From assembly GCA_963848295.1 (NCBI GenBank), contig CAWKDB010000010.1, positions 2,080,001 through 2,144,000 on the forward strand: a stretch of DNA of 64,000 nucleotides. Direction: 5' to 3'. The notes beneath the pieces were generated by a model, which worked only from the letters and a program-made list of their open reading frames with translations, did no database searches and had not been told where the DNA came from. This DNA comes from an uncultured delta proteobacterium (GTDB lineage Bacteria > Myxococcota_A > Polyangia > Haliangiales > Haliangiaceae). Shown piece after piece: positions 1-8,992 of the stretch (position 1 is its first letter; each line of letters opens with the position of its first letter). The translations under genes and the position numbers were made by a program.

Positions 1-736
1 GCGCGCCGCCGAGTGCGAGCTCCATCGCCGCGCGGCTCGGGTCGTCGAGCACGGCGATCGCGAGCGCGGTCGCGCGCGCATCGCGCACGAGCTGTTCGGC
101 GAGCGTGGCGCGTTCGTGCGCGGCGATCGACAGCCGCGAGTAGATCTCGGTACCTGTCATCCGTTCGAGCAGCTCGCTGCGGTCTCTGCCGTCGGCGCGC
201 AAGAATGCCGCGAACTCGCCTTGCGCGAGCAGCGCGCTGCGCCGGAACTGATCGAACGACAATCCCAGGCGCTCGTGGATCGCCTTGAGCGTCTCGGTCT
301 TCGTGCCGCCGAGCCGCTCGCCGTCGGCGATCGCGGTGAGCGTGACCTGCTGGTCTTGCAGCGTGCCGTCGCTCGCGTTGCGCGCGCGCCGCACCGACCA
401 CCGCGCGCGATAGCGACGCGCATCGCCGCTCTCGAAGTCGACCTCGGCCCAGCCGGAGGTCGCACCGCGCCGCAGGATCGTCCGCACGTCTTGGGCACCG
501 AGCGCGCTCGGATCGTCCGGATCGCGGCCGACCACGACCGTGCTGCGATTCGTCAGCCGCGGCGTGCGATCGAACAGCGCGACGCACATCGCATCGAGCA
601 GCGTGCTCTTGCCCGCGCCGGTCGGCCCGACGATCGCGAACACGCCCGCGCCGCCGAGCGCGCCGGTCGCGAGGTCGATCTCGAACTCGCCGGCGAGGCT
701 CGCCAGGTTGCAGCCGCGGATCGCGAGGATCTTCAC
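1..736 (-). CDS. sbcC: SbcC/Rad50-type SMC ATPase, N-terminal part (runs off window start)
   Basis: Manual translation from GTG at 736: MKILAIRGCNLASLAGEFEIDL...FAIVGPTGAGKSTLLDAMCVALFDRTPRL (Walker A). GTGA overlap with the sbcD stop. Absent from the ORF track because it is truncated. Confidence 0.93.
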   Translation of the reverse strand, partial: MKILAIRGCNLASLAGEFEIDLATGALGGAGVFAIVGPTGAGKSTLLDAMCVALFDRTPRLTNRSTVVVGRDPDDPSALGAQDVRTILRRGATSGWAEVDFESGDARRYRARWSVRRARNASDGTLQDQQVTLTAIADGERLGGTKTETLKAIHERLGLSFDQFRRSALLAQGEFAAFLRADGRDRSELLERMTGTEIYSRLSIAAHERATLAEQLVRDARATALAIAVLDDPSRAAMELALGGA

Positions 737-2007
737 GACATCTCCGCGAGGTCGACGACATCGCCGCGGACGTAGCCGAGCAAGCGATCGAACGCGCCGA
801 GCATGCTCGCGCTCGGTGGCTCGACGTGACTGCGCGTCCAGATCCGGGTGAATACTTCGCGCGGATCGAGCTCGGCGAGCTTCTGGACCGCGATCCGGTC
901 AGCGAGCGCGGCGCCATCGCCGGTGACCTCGACGCCGAGCCTGACGAGGCGCGCGTGCTTGCGGTCGAGCGCCGCTTCGATCGCGGTACGCAGGCGCGGC
1001 TCCGGCCGATCGAGCGCGACCACGATCTCCAGGTACGGTCGCGGCCCCTCGCTCGCAGCCGGCAGCGCTGCGATCTCGGCGAGCACCTCGGCGAGCGGCG
1101 CGGCGCCGCGCTTCGGGATCCGCGCGATCCCGACCGTCTGCGGGACCGCGACCGAGCGCAGCTCCGCGACCTTGCCGTCGCCGTCGAAGTCGACCACGAC
1201 GACCTGATGTTTGTAGCTCGCCTCGTCGAGCGCGAGCGCGATCGGAGCCCCCGCGTAGCGCACGGTGTCGCGACCTACTCGCTGCGCGCGATGCATGTGG
1301 CCGAGCGCGACGTAGTCGATGTCCTTCGGGAACAACCGCACCGACGCGGCTTCGACCCCGCCGATCGACACCCGCCGTTCACTCGCCGAGATCTCCGCGC
1401 CCGCGACATAGAGATGGCCGAGCCCGATCACCGCCTGGCCCGGCCGGCGCCTCGCGCGTGCGGCCTCGAACACCTCGCCGTAGATCGCCGCGAGTGGATC
1501 GGGGCAATCCGCGGGCACATCGCTGGCCGGGGCCTGTGCCCGGCCAGCAGCACTGCCGAATGGCAGTGCGGGTAGATCGACGGGCCGTAAGAACGGCACC
1601 GCCGCGACCAAGCCGCGACCGGCCGCGACCGGCACGAGGATGCGGTCGAGATCGAGCGCGCCGCCCGCCCCGCGCGGCAGCCCGCCGATGACGTGAACGC
1701 CGAGCTCGCGCAGCACCGCCGAGGCCGCGCCGAGCCGCGCCGGCGAATCGTGATTGCCCGCGATCGCAACGATGTCGACCGCCGGCAACGTGCGGCGCGC
1801 CGACGCGAGAAAATCGAACCACATCCGCTCCGCACTCGCCGGCGGCGTGCCGCTATCGAACACGTCGCCGGTGATCACGACGACATCGGGCAGCTCGCGC
1901 GCGCAGGTCTCGAGCAACCACGCGAGAAACGCGGCGTGCTCGTGCTCGCGAGTGACGTCCTTGAGCGTGTGCCCGAGGTGCCAATCCGATGTGTGAAGGA
2001 GCCGCAT
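733..2007 (-). CDS. sbcD: SbcD/Mre11-type nuclease, with an in-frame 57-bp insertion
   Basis: MRLLHTSDWHLG, TGDVFD, AGNHDS, YVALGHMH metallophosphoesterase motifs; coupled to sbcC. Start moved to the ATG at 2007. Confidence 0.95.
   Translation of the reverse strand: MRLLHTSDWHLGHTLKDVTREHEHAAFLAWLLETCARELPDVVVITGDVFDSGTPPASAERMWFDFLASARRTLPAVDIVAIAGNHDSPARLGAASAVLRELGVHVIGGLPRGAGGALDLDRILVPVAAGRGLVAAVPFLRPVDLPALPFGSAAGRAQAPASDVPADCPDPLAAIYGEVFEAARARRRPGQAVIGLGHLYVAGAEISASERRVSIGGVEAASVRLFPKDIDYVALGHMHRAQRVGRDTVRYAGAPIALALDEASYKHQVVVVDFDGDGKVAELRSVAVPQTVGIARIPKRGAAPLAEVLAEIAALPAASEGPRPYLEIVVALDRPEPRLRTAIEAALDRKHARLVRLGVEVTGDGAALADRIAVQKLAELDPREVFTRIWTRSHVEPPSASMLGAFDRLLGYVRGDVVDLAEMS
1525..1581. 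repeat. 57-bp two-hairpin element, copy inside sbcD
   Basis: Ungapped match of 41/57 nt (manual count) to the unit at 18795-18851, with compensatory stem changes. Encodes VDLPALPFGSAAGRAQAPA. Confidence 0.85.
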
Positions 2008-2068
2008 CCGTGCGAAGACGTTCGCATCGCGGTCTGACACTGAACAGACGTAGCGGTAAGCTCGCCGG

Positions 2069-2767
2069 ATGACGACGGATCGTCGAGTCATCGTGTTCCG
2101 CACCCGGCTGCGCCCCGGCGCCGATCCCGACTACGGGCCACACGCCGAGCGAATGTGGCGGCTCGCCTCGAGCCTGCCCGGCTATGTGTCGGCGACCGAC
2201 TTCGTCGCCGGCGATGGCGAGCGCCTCGCGCTGATCGAATGGGACTCGCCGGGAAATCTCGCGATCTGGCGCGACCACGTCGATCACCTCGCCGCACAGA
2301 GCGACGGTCGCGCGAAGTACTACGCGCGCTACTCGCTACAAGTGTGCAGCGAGCTCAAGGTCTCGCGGTTCGACGCCGCTACCGGCGAGCACACCCAGAG
2401 CAATCGCGATCCCTCCGTGCTGCGCGGGATCGCCGAGCGCTGGCTGCGCGCGTTCGAACAGCGCGAGCTCGATGCGCTACTCGCGCTCTATGCCGACACC
2501 GCCACGCACACGTCGCCAAAGATCCGCGCGCGCCATCCCGAGACCGGCGGCCTCTTACGCGGCAAAGCCGCGATGCGCGCGTGGTGGCAAGACGCCTTCG
2601 ATCGTCTGCCGTCGATGCGCTACGAGCAACCGGTCATCACCGCGGACGACCGCCGCGCGTACATGGAATACGTCCGCAAGGTCGCGGGCGAGCCCGACCT
2701 GCCGGTCGCCGAGGTCCTCGACATCGAGGGCGGCAAGATCGTCGCGAGTCGCGTGTTCCATGGCTAG
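2069..2767 (+). CDS. ABM-like (antibiotic biosynthesis monooxygenase) domain fused to a SnoaL/NTF2-like domain
   Basis: N-half IVFRTRLRPG..Y...PGY...IEWDS...WRDHVDHLAAQ..GRAKYY..YSLQVC; C-half WLRAF..RELDALLALYADTATHTSP...GKAAMRAWW...KIVASRVFHG. Confidence 0.75.
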   Translation: MTTDRRVIVFRTRLRPGADPDYGPHAERMWRLASSLPGYVSATDFVAGDGERLALIEWDSPGNLAIWRDHVDHLAAQSDGRAKYYARYSLQVCSELKVSRFDAATGEHTQSNRDPSVLRGIAERWLRAFEQRELDALLALYADTATHTSPKIRARHPETGGLLRGKAAMRAWWQDAFDRLPSMRYEQPVITADDRRAYMEYVRKVAGEPDLPVAEVLDIEGGKIVASRVFHG

Positions 2768-2769
2768 CG

Positions 2770-3612
2770 CTACGGCAACAGCTCGACGACGTGCTCGGCG
2801 ACGCGCGCGGGGTCGGTGATGATCTCGACGTCGGCGATCCGGCCGCCGTCGAGGGCGATCCGCAGCAGCCGTTTCACGACGCCATGCGGCGCGAGCGCCA
2901 AGCCGGGCTCGCCATCGATCAGCACCGCGCACACCGCGCCGGCCATGCGCGAGAACTCGATCGCGCCCTTCGCCCACTGGATGGCACCGCGGATCTCGGG
3001 CGCGCCGGTGTCGATGCGCACGGTGACGTCCGGATCGAGCACGGCGACGAGGGCCTCGAAGTCGCGGCCGCGCATGGCGGCGAGAAACGCGTCGACGACA
3101 CCGCGCTGACGCGCGAGCTCGGCTTCAGGCACTGGCGGCCCACCTTGGACTCGGCGACGCGCGCGACTCGCGAGCTGGCGCGCCGCGACCGGACTGCGGC
3201 CGACGACCGCGGCGATCTCGTCGAACGCCATCCCGAACATGTCGTGCAGCACGAACGCGAGCCGCTCCGCCGGTTCGAGCTTCTCGAGCACGACGAGGAC
3301 GGCGAGGCTGACCGACTCGCCGAGTACGGCGGCCTGATCGGCGCCGGCTGCGATCGGCTCCGGCGCGCGATGATCGAGGCCCTCTTCTCGCCGGGCCTTG
3401 CGCGACCGCAGCATGTCGAGGCAAACGCGGGCCACGATCGTCGTCAGCCAGCCGCGCAGGTTCTCGACCTCGCTCGTCTCGGCGCGACTGGCGCGCAACC
3501 ACGCCTCCTGCGTCGCGTCGTCGGCGTCGGCGAGCGAGCCGAGCATGCGATACGCGACCGCACGCAGGTGGGCGCGGTGGAGCTCGAACGAATCGGTCAG
3601 CGTTTCGGTCAC
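2770..3612 (-). CDS. ECF sigma factor, ECF41/SigJ-like, with C-terminal SnoaL-like extension
   Basis: LRAVAYRMLGSLADADDATQEAWLR, WLTTIVARVCLDMLRSR, ERLAFVLHDMFG, RQLASRARRRV, VVDAFLAA...LVAVLDPDV. GTG start at 3612 with AAGGA upstream. Confidence 0.9.
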   Translation of the reverse strand: MTETLTDSFELHRAHLRAVAYRMLGSLADADDATQEAWLRASRAETSEVENLRGWLTTIVARVCLDMLRSRKARREEGLDHRAPEPIAAGADQAAVLGESVSLAVLVVLEKLEPAERLAFVLHDMFGMAFDEIAAVVGRSPVAARQLASRARRRVQGGPPVPEAELARQRGVVDAFLAAMRGRDFEALVAVLDPDVTVRIDTGAPEIRGAIQWAKGAIEFSRMAGAVCAVLIDGEPGLALAPHGVVKRLLRIALDGGRIADVEIITDPARVAEHVVELLP

Positions 3613-3647
3613 GGTGGCATCCTTTGCCCGGTAATCGTCAAAGCACT

Positions 3648-3674
3648 GACGAGCCAACCCCGGCACATGTGACC
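3648..3674 (-). promoter_or_regulatory. Putative ECF41-type promoter GGTCACA-N16-CGTC upstream of the sigma gene
   Basis: Minus strand reads GGTCACA-TGTGCCGGGGTTGGCT-CGTC; one mismatch to the ECF41 consensus TGTCACA-N16-CGTC. Confidence 0.65.
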
Positions 3675-3804
3675 GGGAAACGACTATTTCCACCCCGCCG
3701 CGGCGGGGTCGTAGAAGAAGTGGTTGCCGGTGACGACGGCGGTGATCAAGTCCTCGACGCGGGCTCGGGTCGGCATGACGGGAGCATACGTGTAGGATTC
3801 GCGC

Positions 3805-4605
3805 GTGGTCGACCTCGATCGTTACTTCCGCCGGATTGGCTATCACGGCGCGCACGAGCCGACGCTCGCGACGTTGCACGCGATCTGCGCCGCGCACGTC
3901 CTCACCATTCCGTTCGAGAACCTCGACGTCCTGCTCGACCGCGGCATCAGCCTCGATCCGGACGCGGTCGACGCGAAACTGATCGCGGGCGGGCGCGGGG
4001 GTTATTGTTTCGAGCACAATACGCTGCTGCTGCGCGTGCTCGAGACGCTCGGCTACGACGTCCAACCGATCAGCGCGCGCGTTCGCATCGGCCGGCCGCG
4101 CGACTACACGCCGGCGCGCACGCACGTGTTCCTGCGCGTCGAGCTCGCGGGCGAGAGCTGGCTCGCCGACGTCGGGGTCGGTGCGTTATCGCCGACGTGC
4201 GCGTTGCGGCTCGAGACTAGCGAGGAGCAGGCGACGCCGCACGAGCCGCGCCGGATCGTGCGCGAAGGCGCGTTGCTGTTCCATCAAGTGCGCTTCGCCG
4301 ACACCTGGAACGACATTTGCGAGTTCACGCTCGAGCACATGCCGCCGATCGATCGCGAGGTCGGCAACTGGTACACGAGCCAACATCCACAATCGCATTT
4401 TCGTAGCCGGCTCGTCGTCGCGCGCGGGCTGCCGGATGGCGGGCGCGCCTCGATCCTCAACCGCGAGCTCACGCTGCGCGGGCGCGATGGCATCGCCGAC
4501 ACGCGCGTGCTCGCGTCGCCGGCGGAGCTCCTCGACGTGCTCGCGGCGCGCTTCGATCTGCATTTTCCAGTCGGCACCGGGTTCAACTGCCCGGCGCTCT
4601 GGTAG
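3805..4605 (+). CDS. nat: Arylamine N-acetyltransferase
   Basis: IPFENLD, RGGYCFEHN (catalytic Cys), RTH, WLADVGVG (Cys-His-Asp triad). Confidence 0.93.
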   Translation: MVDLDRYFRRIGYHGAHEPTLATLHAICAAHVLTIPFENLDVLLDRGISLDPDAVDAKLIAGGRGGYCFEHNTLLLRVLETLGYDVQPISARVRIGRPRDYTPARTHVFLRVELAGESWLADVGVGALSPTCALRLETSEEQATPHEPRRIVREGALLFHQVRFADTWNDICEFTLEHMPPIDREVGNWYTSQHPQSHFRSRLVVARGLPDGGRASILNRELTLRGRDGIADTRVLASPAELLDVLAARFDLHFPVGTGFNCPALW

Positions 4606-4608
4606 CCG

Positions 4609-5385
4609 TCACGAGCTCGGCTCCTTCATCTGCACTTCGCGCAAGAACTGCTCCTCGGTCGCGCTCAGCGGTCGGCCCTTGAGCCGCTCGAGCTCGTCGC
4701 GCGACATGCCGCCGAGCTTTTGGCGATGCCGCGCCATCGCGACGTGCGCGCGGCCGATCGACGCGAGCACCTCGTCGAAGCTGGTGAAGCACACCGGCGT
4801 GCGCTCCGGATGCGCGCGCAGGTACTCGGTGATCCGCTTCTCGTGGCGCGCCATCACCTCGGCGATCGGCGCGTTGAGCGCGAGGCGCTCGATCTTCGCT
4901 TCGGGCGGCGGCTCGAGCCGATCGACGCCGTGGGTGTTGCTCGTGACCAGGAACTGGCCCTGGACCTCGGTCACGAGCTCGAGCACGCGCAGGTGACGCG
5001 GGAACAATTGCACGAGCTGGAGCAGCGACACGACGACGCCGCGCGGATGCAGATGATAGACGCTCGCCCGGATCATGCCGCCACCATCGATGAACATCCG
5101 CAGGAACGTGCGGTTGTGCGGATAGATCCGGCTGAGCGTGAGGTCTTCGACGTCGGCGAGCCAGCTGTACTTGCGGTCCTCGAGCTCGCGCCGCGCGCGA
5201 TCGTAGAACTCCAGATCGGCTTCGGGAAACGCCGCCGGGGTCACGCGCACGAGCTCGTGCGGCTCGCCGTAGACTGCATCGAGCCGCGCCCGCAACGCAC
5301 CGCCGCCGAGCCCGCGCGGTCGCCGTACGCCGAGAGCGACGGCGACGACGAGCCACAGGCCCATCATGAGGAAGAACACCTCCAC
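4609..5385 (-). CDS. Hypothetical protein with N-terminal membrane anchor
   Basis: GTG start VEVFFLMMGLWLVVAVALG; protein-like composition; no recognisable motif. Confidence 0.7.
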   Translation of the reverse strand: MEVFFLMMGLWLVVAVALGVRRPRGLGGGALRARLDAVYGEPHELVRVTPAAFPEADLEFYDRARRELEDRKYSWLADVEDLTLSRIYPHNRTFLRMFIDGGGMIRASVYHLHPRGVVVSLLQLVQLFPRHLRVLELVTEVQGQFLVTSNTHGVDRLEPPPEAKIERLALNAPIAEVMARHEKRITEYLRAHPERTPVCFTSFDEVLASIGRAHVAMARHRQKLGGMSRDELERLKGRPLSATEEQFLREVQMKEPSS

Positions 5386-5430
5386 GCAGCCATTGTGGCA
5401 CGGTCGCCGCGGCGCGGTACTGTCCCCGCC

Positions 5431-6396
5431 GTGATCACCTGGGATGACATCGTCGCCGCCCGCCAGCGGATCGCGCCGCACCTCCCTGTCACGGCGCTGC
5501 GCCACTACGCCCCGCTCGACGCCGAGGTCGGCGCCGGCATCCGCGTGCTCGTCAAGCACGAGAACCACCAGCCGACGAACGCGTTCAAGGCGCGCAACGC
5601 GGTGTCGTTCATGACCGCGCTCGATCCCGCGCAGCGCACGCGCGGCGTGGTCGCGGCGACGCGCGGCAATCACGGCGCCGGGCTCGCCTGGGCCGGCGCG
5701 GAGCTCGGCGTGCCGGTCGTGATCTGCGTGCCGCACGGCAACAATCCGGAGAAGAACACCGCGATGCGCGGCTACGGCGCCGAGTTGATCGAGGCCGGTC
5801 GCGATTACGACGAGGCGCTCGAGGTCGCAAAGCGCACCGCGATCGATCGCGGCATGGTGATGGGCCACTCGACGAACGACGCGCACGTGATCGCGGGCGC
5901 CGGCACGCTGTCGGCCGAGCTGTGCGAGCAGGCGCCGCAGCTCGATGCGATCGTCGTCGCGATCGGCGGCGGCTCGCAAGCGGTCGGCGCGATCGTCGCG
6001 ACTCGCGCGTTACGCCCGAACGTCAAGATCTACGGCGTGCAGTCGACCTCCGCGGCAGCCGCGCACGACTCCTGGCACGCCGGCGAGCGGCTCACGACCG
6101 CGACCGCCGACACGTTCGCCGATGGTCTCGCGACGCGCTCGACCTACGACATGACCTGGCAGCCGTTGCGCGAAGGGCTCGCCGGCTTCGTCGCGGTGTC
6201 CGAAGCGGCGATCGCCGAGGCGATCCGGATCTATCTGCGCACGACCCACAACCTCGCCGAGGGCGCGGGCGCCGCCGGCCTCGCGGGCCTCTGCGCCTTG
6301 CGCGACGAGCTCGCGGGCAAGACCGTCGCGGTCATCCTTTCGGGCTCGAACATCGACGCCGTGACGCTGCGCCGCGTGGTCACCGGCGAGCTGTAG
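5431..6396 (+). CDS. PLP-dependent threonine/serine dehydratase family protein
   Basis: KHENHQPTNAFKARNA (PLP Lys), TRGNHG, IGGGS, EGAGAA, LSGSN. Confidence 0.9.
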   Translation: MITWDDIVAARQRIAPHLPVTALRHYAPLDAEVGAGIRVLVKHENHQPTNAFKARNAVSFMTALDPAQRTRGVVAATRGNHGAGLAWAGAELGVPVVICVPHGNNPEKNTAMRGYGAELIEAGRDYDEALEVAKRTAIDRGMVMGHSTNDAHVIAGAGTLSAELCEQAPQLDAIVVAIGGGSQAVGAIVATRALRPNVKIYGVQSTSAAAAHDSWHAGERLTTATADTFADGLATRSTYDMTWQPLREGLAGFVAVSEAAIAEAIRIYLRTTHNLAEGAGAAGLAGLCALRDELAGKTVAVILSGSNIDAVTLRRVVTGEL

Positions 6397-6456
6397 CCTC
6401 ATTAGTACGTAGCTCCACCGAGTCATGGCGCACGGGATCTAGGGCACTATCCGGCG

Positions 6457-7344
6457 ATGTTGCGGATCGCCCTCATCGCCCTCCTGCTCGGCTCGACCAT
6501 CGCCGCAGCCGCTCCGAATCTCGCGAAGCCGGAGGTCAAGTTGCTCGATGCCGGCCACGGCCCGAAGCAAAAGCTCCGCGTGCGCGCGACTCGCGGCGCG
6601 GCTCAGACGCTCGTGATGGCGATGAAGATGTCGATGGCGATCGACGGCGTGATGTCGATCCCGGCGATGCAGCTGCCAGTCATCACGATGTCGATGCCGG
6701 CGAAGGTCACCGAGGTCACCAAGTCAGGCGACATCAAGTACGACATTTCGTTCTCGAAGGTCGATGTCGATGGCGCCGGCGCGGCTCCGGCGGTGGTCGC
6801 AGCCGTCAAGAAGTCGACCCAGGCGCTGGTCGGCACGAACGGTCACATCGGGGTGGATGCTCGCAACTTCACGACCGCCGCAGAGATCAACTTCTCGCCG
6901 AACATCGATCCGACGATGCGCCAGATGATGGACAGCATGATGCAGTCGTTCAGTCAGCTGTCGGCGCCGTTCCCCGACGAGGCGGTAGGGGTCGGGGCGA
7001 AGTGGCAGGTGATGTCGACCCTGCCCGCCGGGGGCGTGCTCTTGAAGCAAACCGCGACCTATACGATCACCGCGCTCGATGCCAACCGGATGATCGCGTC
7101 GGTCACGCTCGCGCAGAAGGCGGATCCACAAGCCTTCAGCAGCCCGACCATCCCCGCCGGTGTGAAGATGCGAGTCGTGACGTGGACCGGTACGGGTGGC
7201 GGCGACCTGACGTTCGAGTTCGCGAAGGTGCTCGCCACCCACGCGGCCCTCGACTTGTCATCGGTTGCGAAGATGACGATCGACGCGGGTGCCGGGCCTC
7301 AAGACATCAAGTACACGATCAAGGCGAAGATCGACCTCCGCTAA
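6457..7344 (+). CDS. Secreted hypothetical protein
   Basis: Signal peptide MLRIALIALLLGSTIAAAA; beta-rich body with FPDEAVGVGAKW. Confidence 0.75.
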   Translation: MLRIALIALLLGSTIAAAAPNLAKPEVKLLDAGHGPKQKLRVRATRGAAQTLVMAMKMSMAIDGVMSIPAMQLPVITMSMPAKVTEVTKSGDIKYDISFSKVDVDGAGAAPAVVAAVKKSTQALVGTNGHIGVDARNFTTAAEINFSPNIDPTMRQMMDSMMQSFSQLSAPFPDEAVGVGAKWQVMSTLPAGGVLLKQTATYTITALDANRMIASVTLAQKADPQAFSSPTIPAGVKMRVVTWTGTGGGDLTFEFAKVLATHAALDLSSVAKMTIDAGAGPQDIKYTIKAKIDLR

Positions 7345-7997
7345 CGCGGCGCGACGTCGGCGATGACCTTGTCGCGCAACAGCTGCGCGAGCTTCGGGCG
7401 CATCGCGGCGATCTCTTCGTCGGCGAACGTCCGCTGCTCGATCGGCGGATCGCTGCGATCGGCCTTGTTCATGATCGAGATCGCGTAGGTCGAGTGCGGC
7501 AGGCCGAAGAAATGGCCGAGCTCGTGCGCGAGAGTGCGCTTGAGCGCGGCGGCGGAGACGATGACGTACTTGCGCTCGTCGTTGCGGCGATGCCAGGTCA
7601 CGCCGTACGCGATCGCGCCGTCTTCGTCGACATCGTCGAGCTGGCCGACGACGAACACGTGGATGACCTTGCCGCCGAGCTTCTGCGCGGCGAGCGCGTC
7701 GCGCTGGCTGCGGCTCTCGACGTGGTCGAACGACGCCGGCAACGTATCGACGCCTGCGAGCTGGAACCCGACATCGAGCGCGGCAAAGTGCCGGTTCGCA
7801 CCGGCGATCTGGGCTGCGAGCCACTCGGGAGCCGCGACAAAGCCATGATCATCGACGATGTGGAGCTGGATCTCGAAGCAGTGCGCGCGCGCCTTGTCGC
7901 AGGTCGGCGTGGCGCGCATGACCGCATCGGCGTCGCCCCCGGCGTATGCCACGCTGGCGAGCGCGATCACACCTAACGCCACGCCGAGCCTCACCAC
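7341..7997 (-). CDS. Secreted metzincin-type zinc metalloprotease
   Basis: HELGHFFGLPH (HExxHxxGxxH) followed by a Met-turn-like SIM; signal peptide; start approximate. Confidence 0.8.
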   Translation of the reverse strand: MVRLGVALGVIALASVAYAGGDADAVMRATPTCDKARAHCFEIQLHIVDDHGFVAAPEWLAAQIAGANRHFAALDVGFQLAGVDTLPASFDHVESRSQRDALAAQKLGGKVIHVFVVGQLDDVDEDGAIAYGVTWHRRNDERKYVIVSAAALKRTLAHELGHFFGLPHSTYAISIMNKADRSDPPIEQRTFADEEIAAMRPKLAQLLRDKVIADVAPR

Positions 7998-8099
7998 GCC
8001 ATTGTACGAGCCCACCGGCGAGGCGCCACGCAAATCGGCCCTTGCACAAACCTTACACGGCGGCGGCAACTTCGGAGGCGGTCGCACGTCATGGTCGAG

Positions 8100-8939
8100 A
8101 TGAGGAACATCGCGCTCACCGTCCTGGCTGCGTCCCTTCTCACCCCCGTGCTCGCGCTCGCCGAGCCCACCGCCGACGAGCTCGAGGCCCGCGCAACCGA
8201 GCTGCGGGACAAGCTAACCGGTCAAGGTTACACCGTGCTCGTCGAGGCGCCGTTCGTGGTCGTCGGCGACGGTTCGGCTGCGCAGGTCCGTCACATCGCG
8301 AGGGGCTTCTTGCACGACAAGGTATCGATGCTCGAGAAAGACTTCTTCGACAAGCGGCCCGAGCGCCTGCTGGAAGTTTGGCTGTTCCAAAACGAGCGCG
8401 CGTTCCGCAAGGGCGCGAAGAAATTCTTCGGCGACGCTCCGGACACGCCGTTCGGCTACTACTCCCCGGATCACAACGCGCTGATCATGAACGCGTCGGG
8501 GCTCGGGACGCTGTCGCACGAGCTCGTCCATCCGTACATGGAGGTCAACTTTCCCGACGTGCCGTCGTGGTTCAACGAGGGCTTCGCGTCGCTATTCGAA
8601 TATCCGAGCGAGCGCAAAGGTCACATCATCGGCCTCGTCAACTGGCGGCTGCCGGAGCTCAAGAAAGAGATCCGCGCGAAGACGCTGCCGGCGATGACGA
8701 AGCTGATGGGGACGACGACTGAAGAGTTCTACGGCGCCGACTACGACGCGTATGCGTTCGCGCGCTACATCATGTACTACCTGCAAGAACACGATCAGCT
8801 GCACGCGTTCTACACGGCGTTTCGCGCGGACAAGAAGGACCCGACCGGGCAAGCGGCGCTCGAGTCGGTGCTCGGCGAGGACCTCGCGACGTTCGAGCCG
8901 AAGTGGCGCGCGTGGGTGCTGCAGCTCAAGGGCGGCTGA
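8100..8939 (+). CDS. Secreted gluzincin-type (peptidase MA-like) metallopeptidase
   Basis: Signal peptide; LSHELVH...PSWFNEGFA (HExxH plus downstream E). Confidence 0.8.
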   Translation: MRNIALTVLAASLLTPVLALAEPTADELEARATELRDKLTGQGYTVLVEAPFVVVGDGSAAQVRHIARGFLHDKVSMLEKDFFDKRPERLLEVWLFQNERAFRKGAKKFFGDAPDTPFGYYSPDHNALIMNASGLGTLSHELVHPYMEVNFPDVPSWFNEGFASLFEYPSERKGHIIGLVNWRLPELKKEIRAKTLPAMTKLMGTTTEEFYGADYDAYAFARYIMYYLQEHDQLHAFYTAFRADKKDPTGQAALESVLGEDLATFEPKWRAWVLQLKGG

Positions 8940-8992
8940 ACGCGAAGACGGCGCCGGCTTTCACCGACGCCGCGGCTCCGCGATGACCGTGC

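Noticed and set aside
2680..2700. GGTCGCGGGCGAGCCCGACC resembles stem B of the 57-bp element
   Set aside because: Stem A and the GTCGA..AACC lead are absent, and it encodes ordinary SnoaL-like sequence (VAGEPD).
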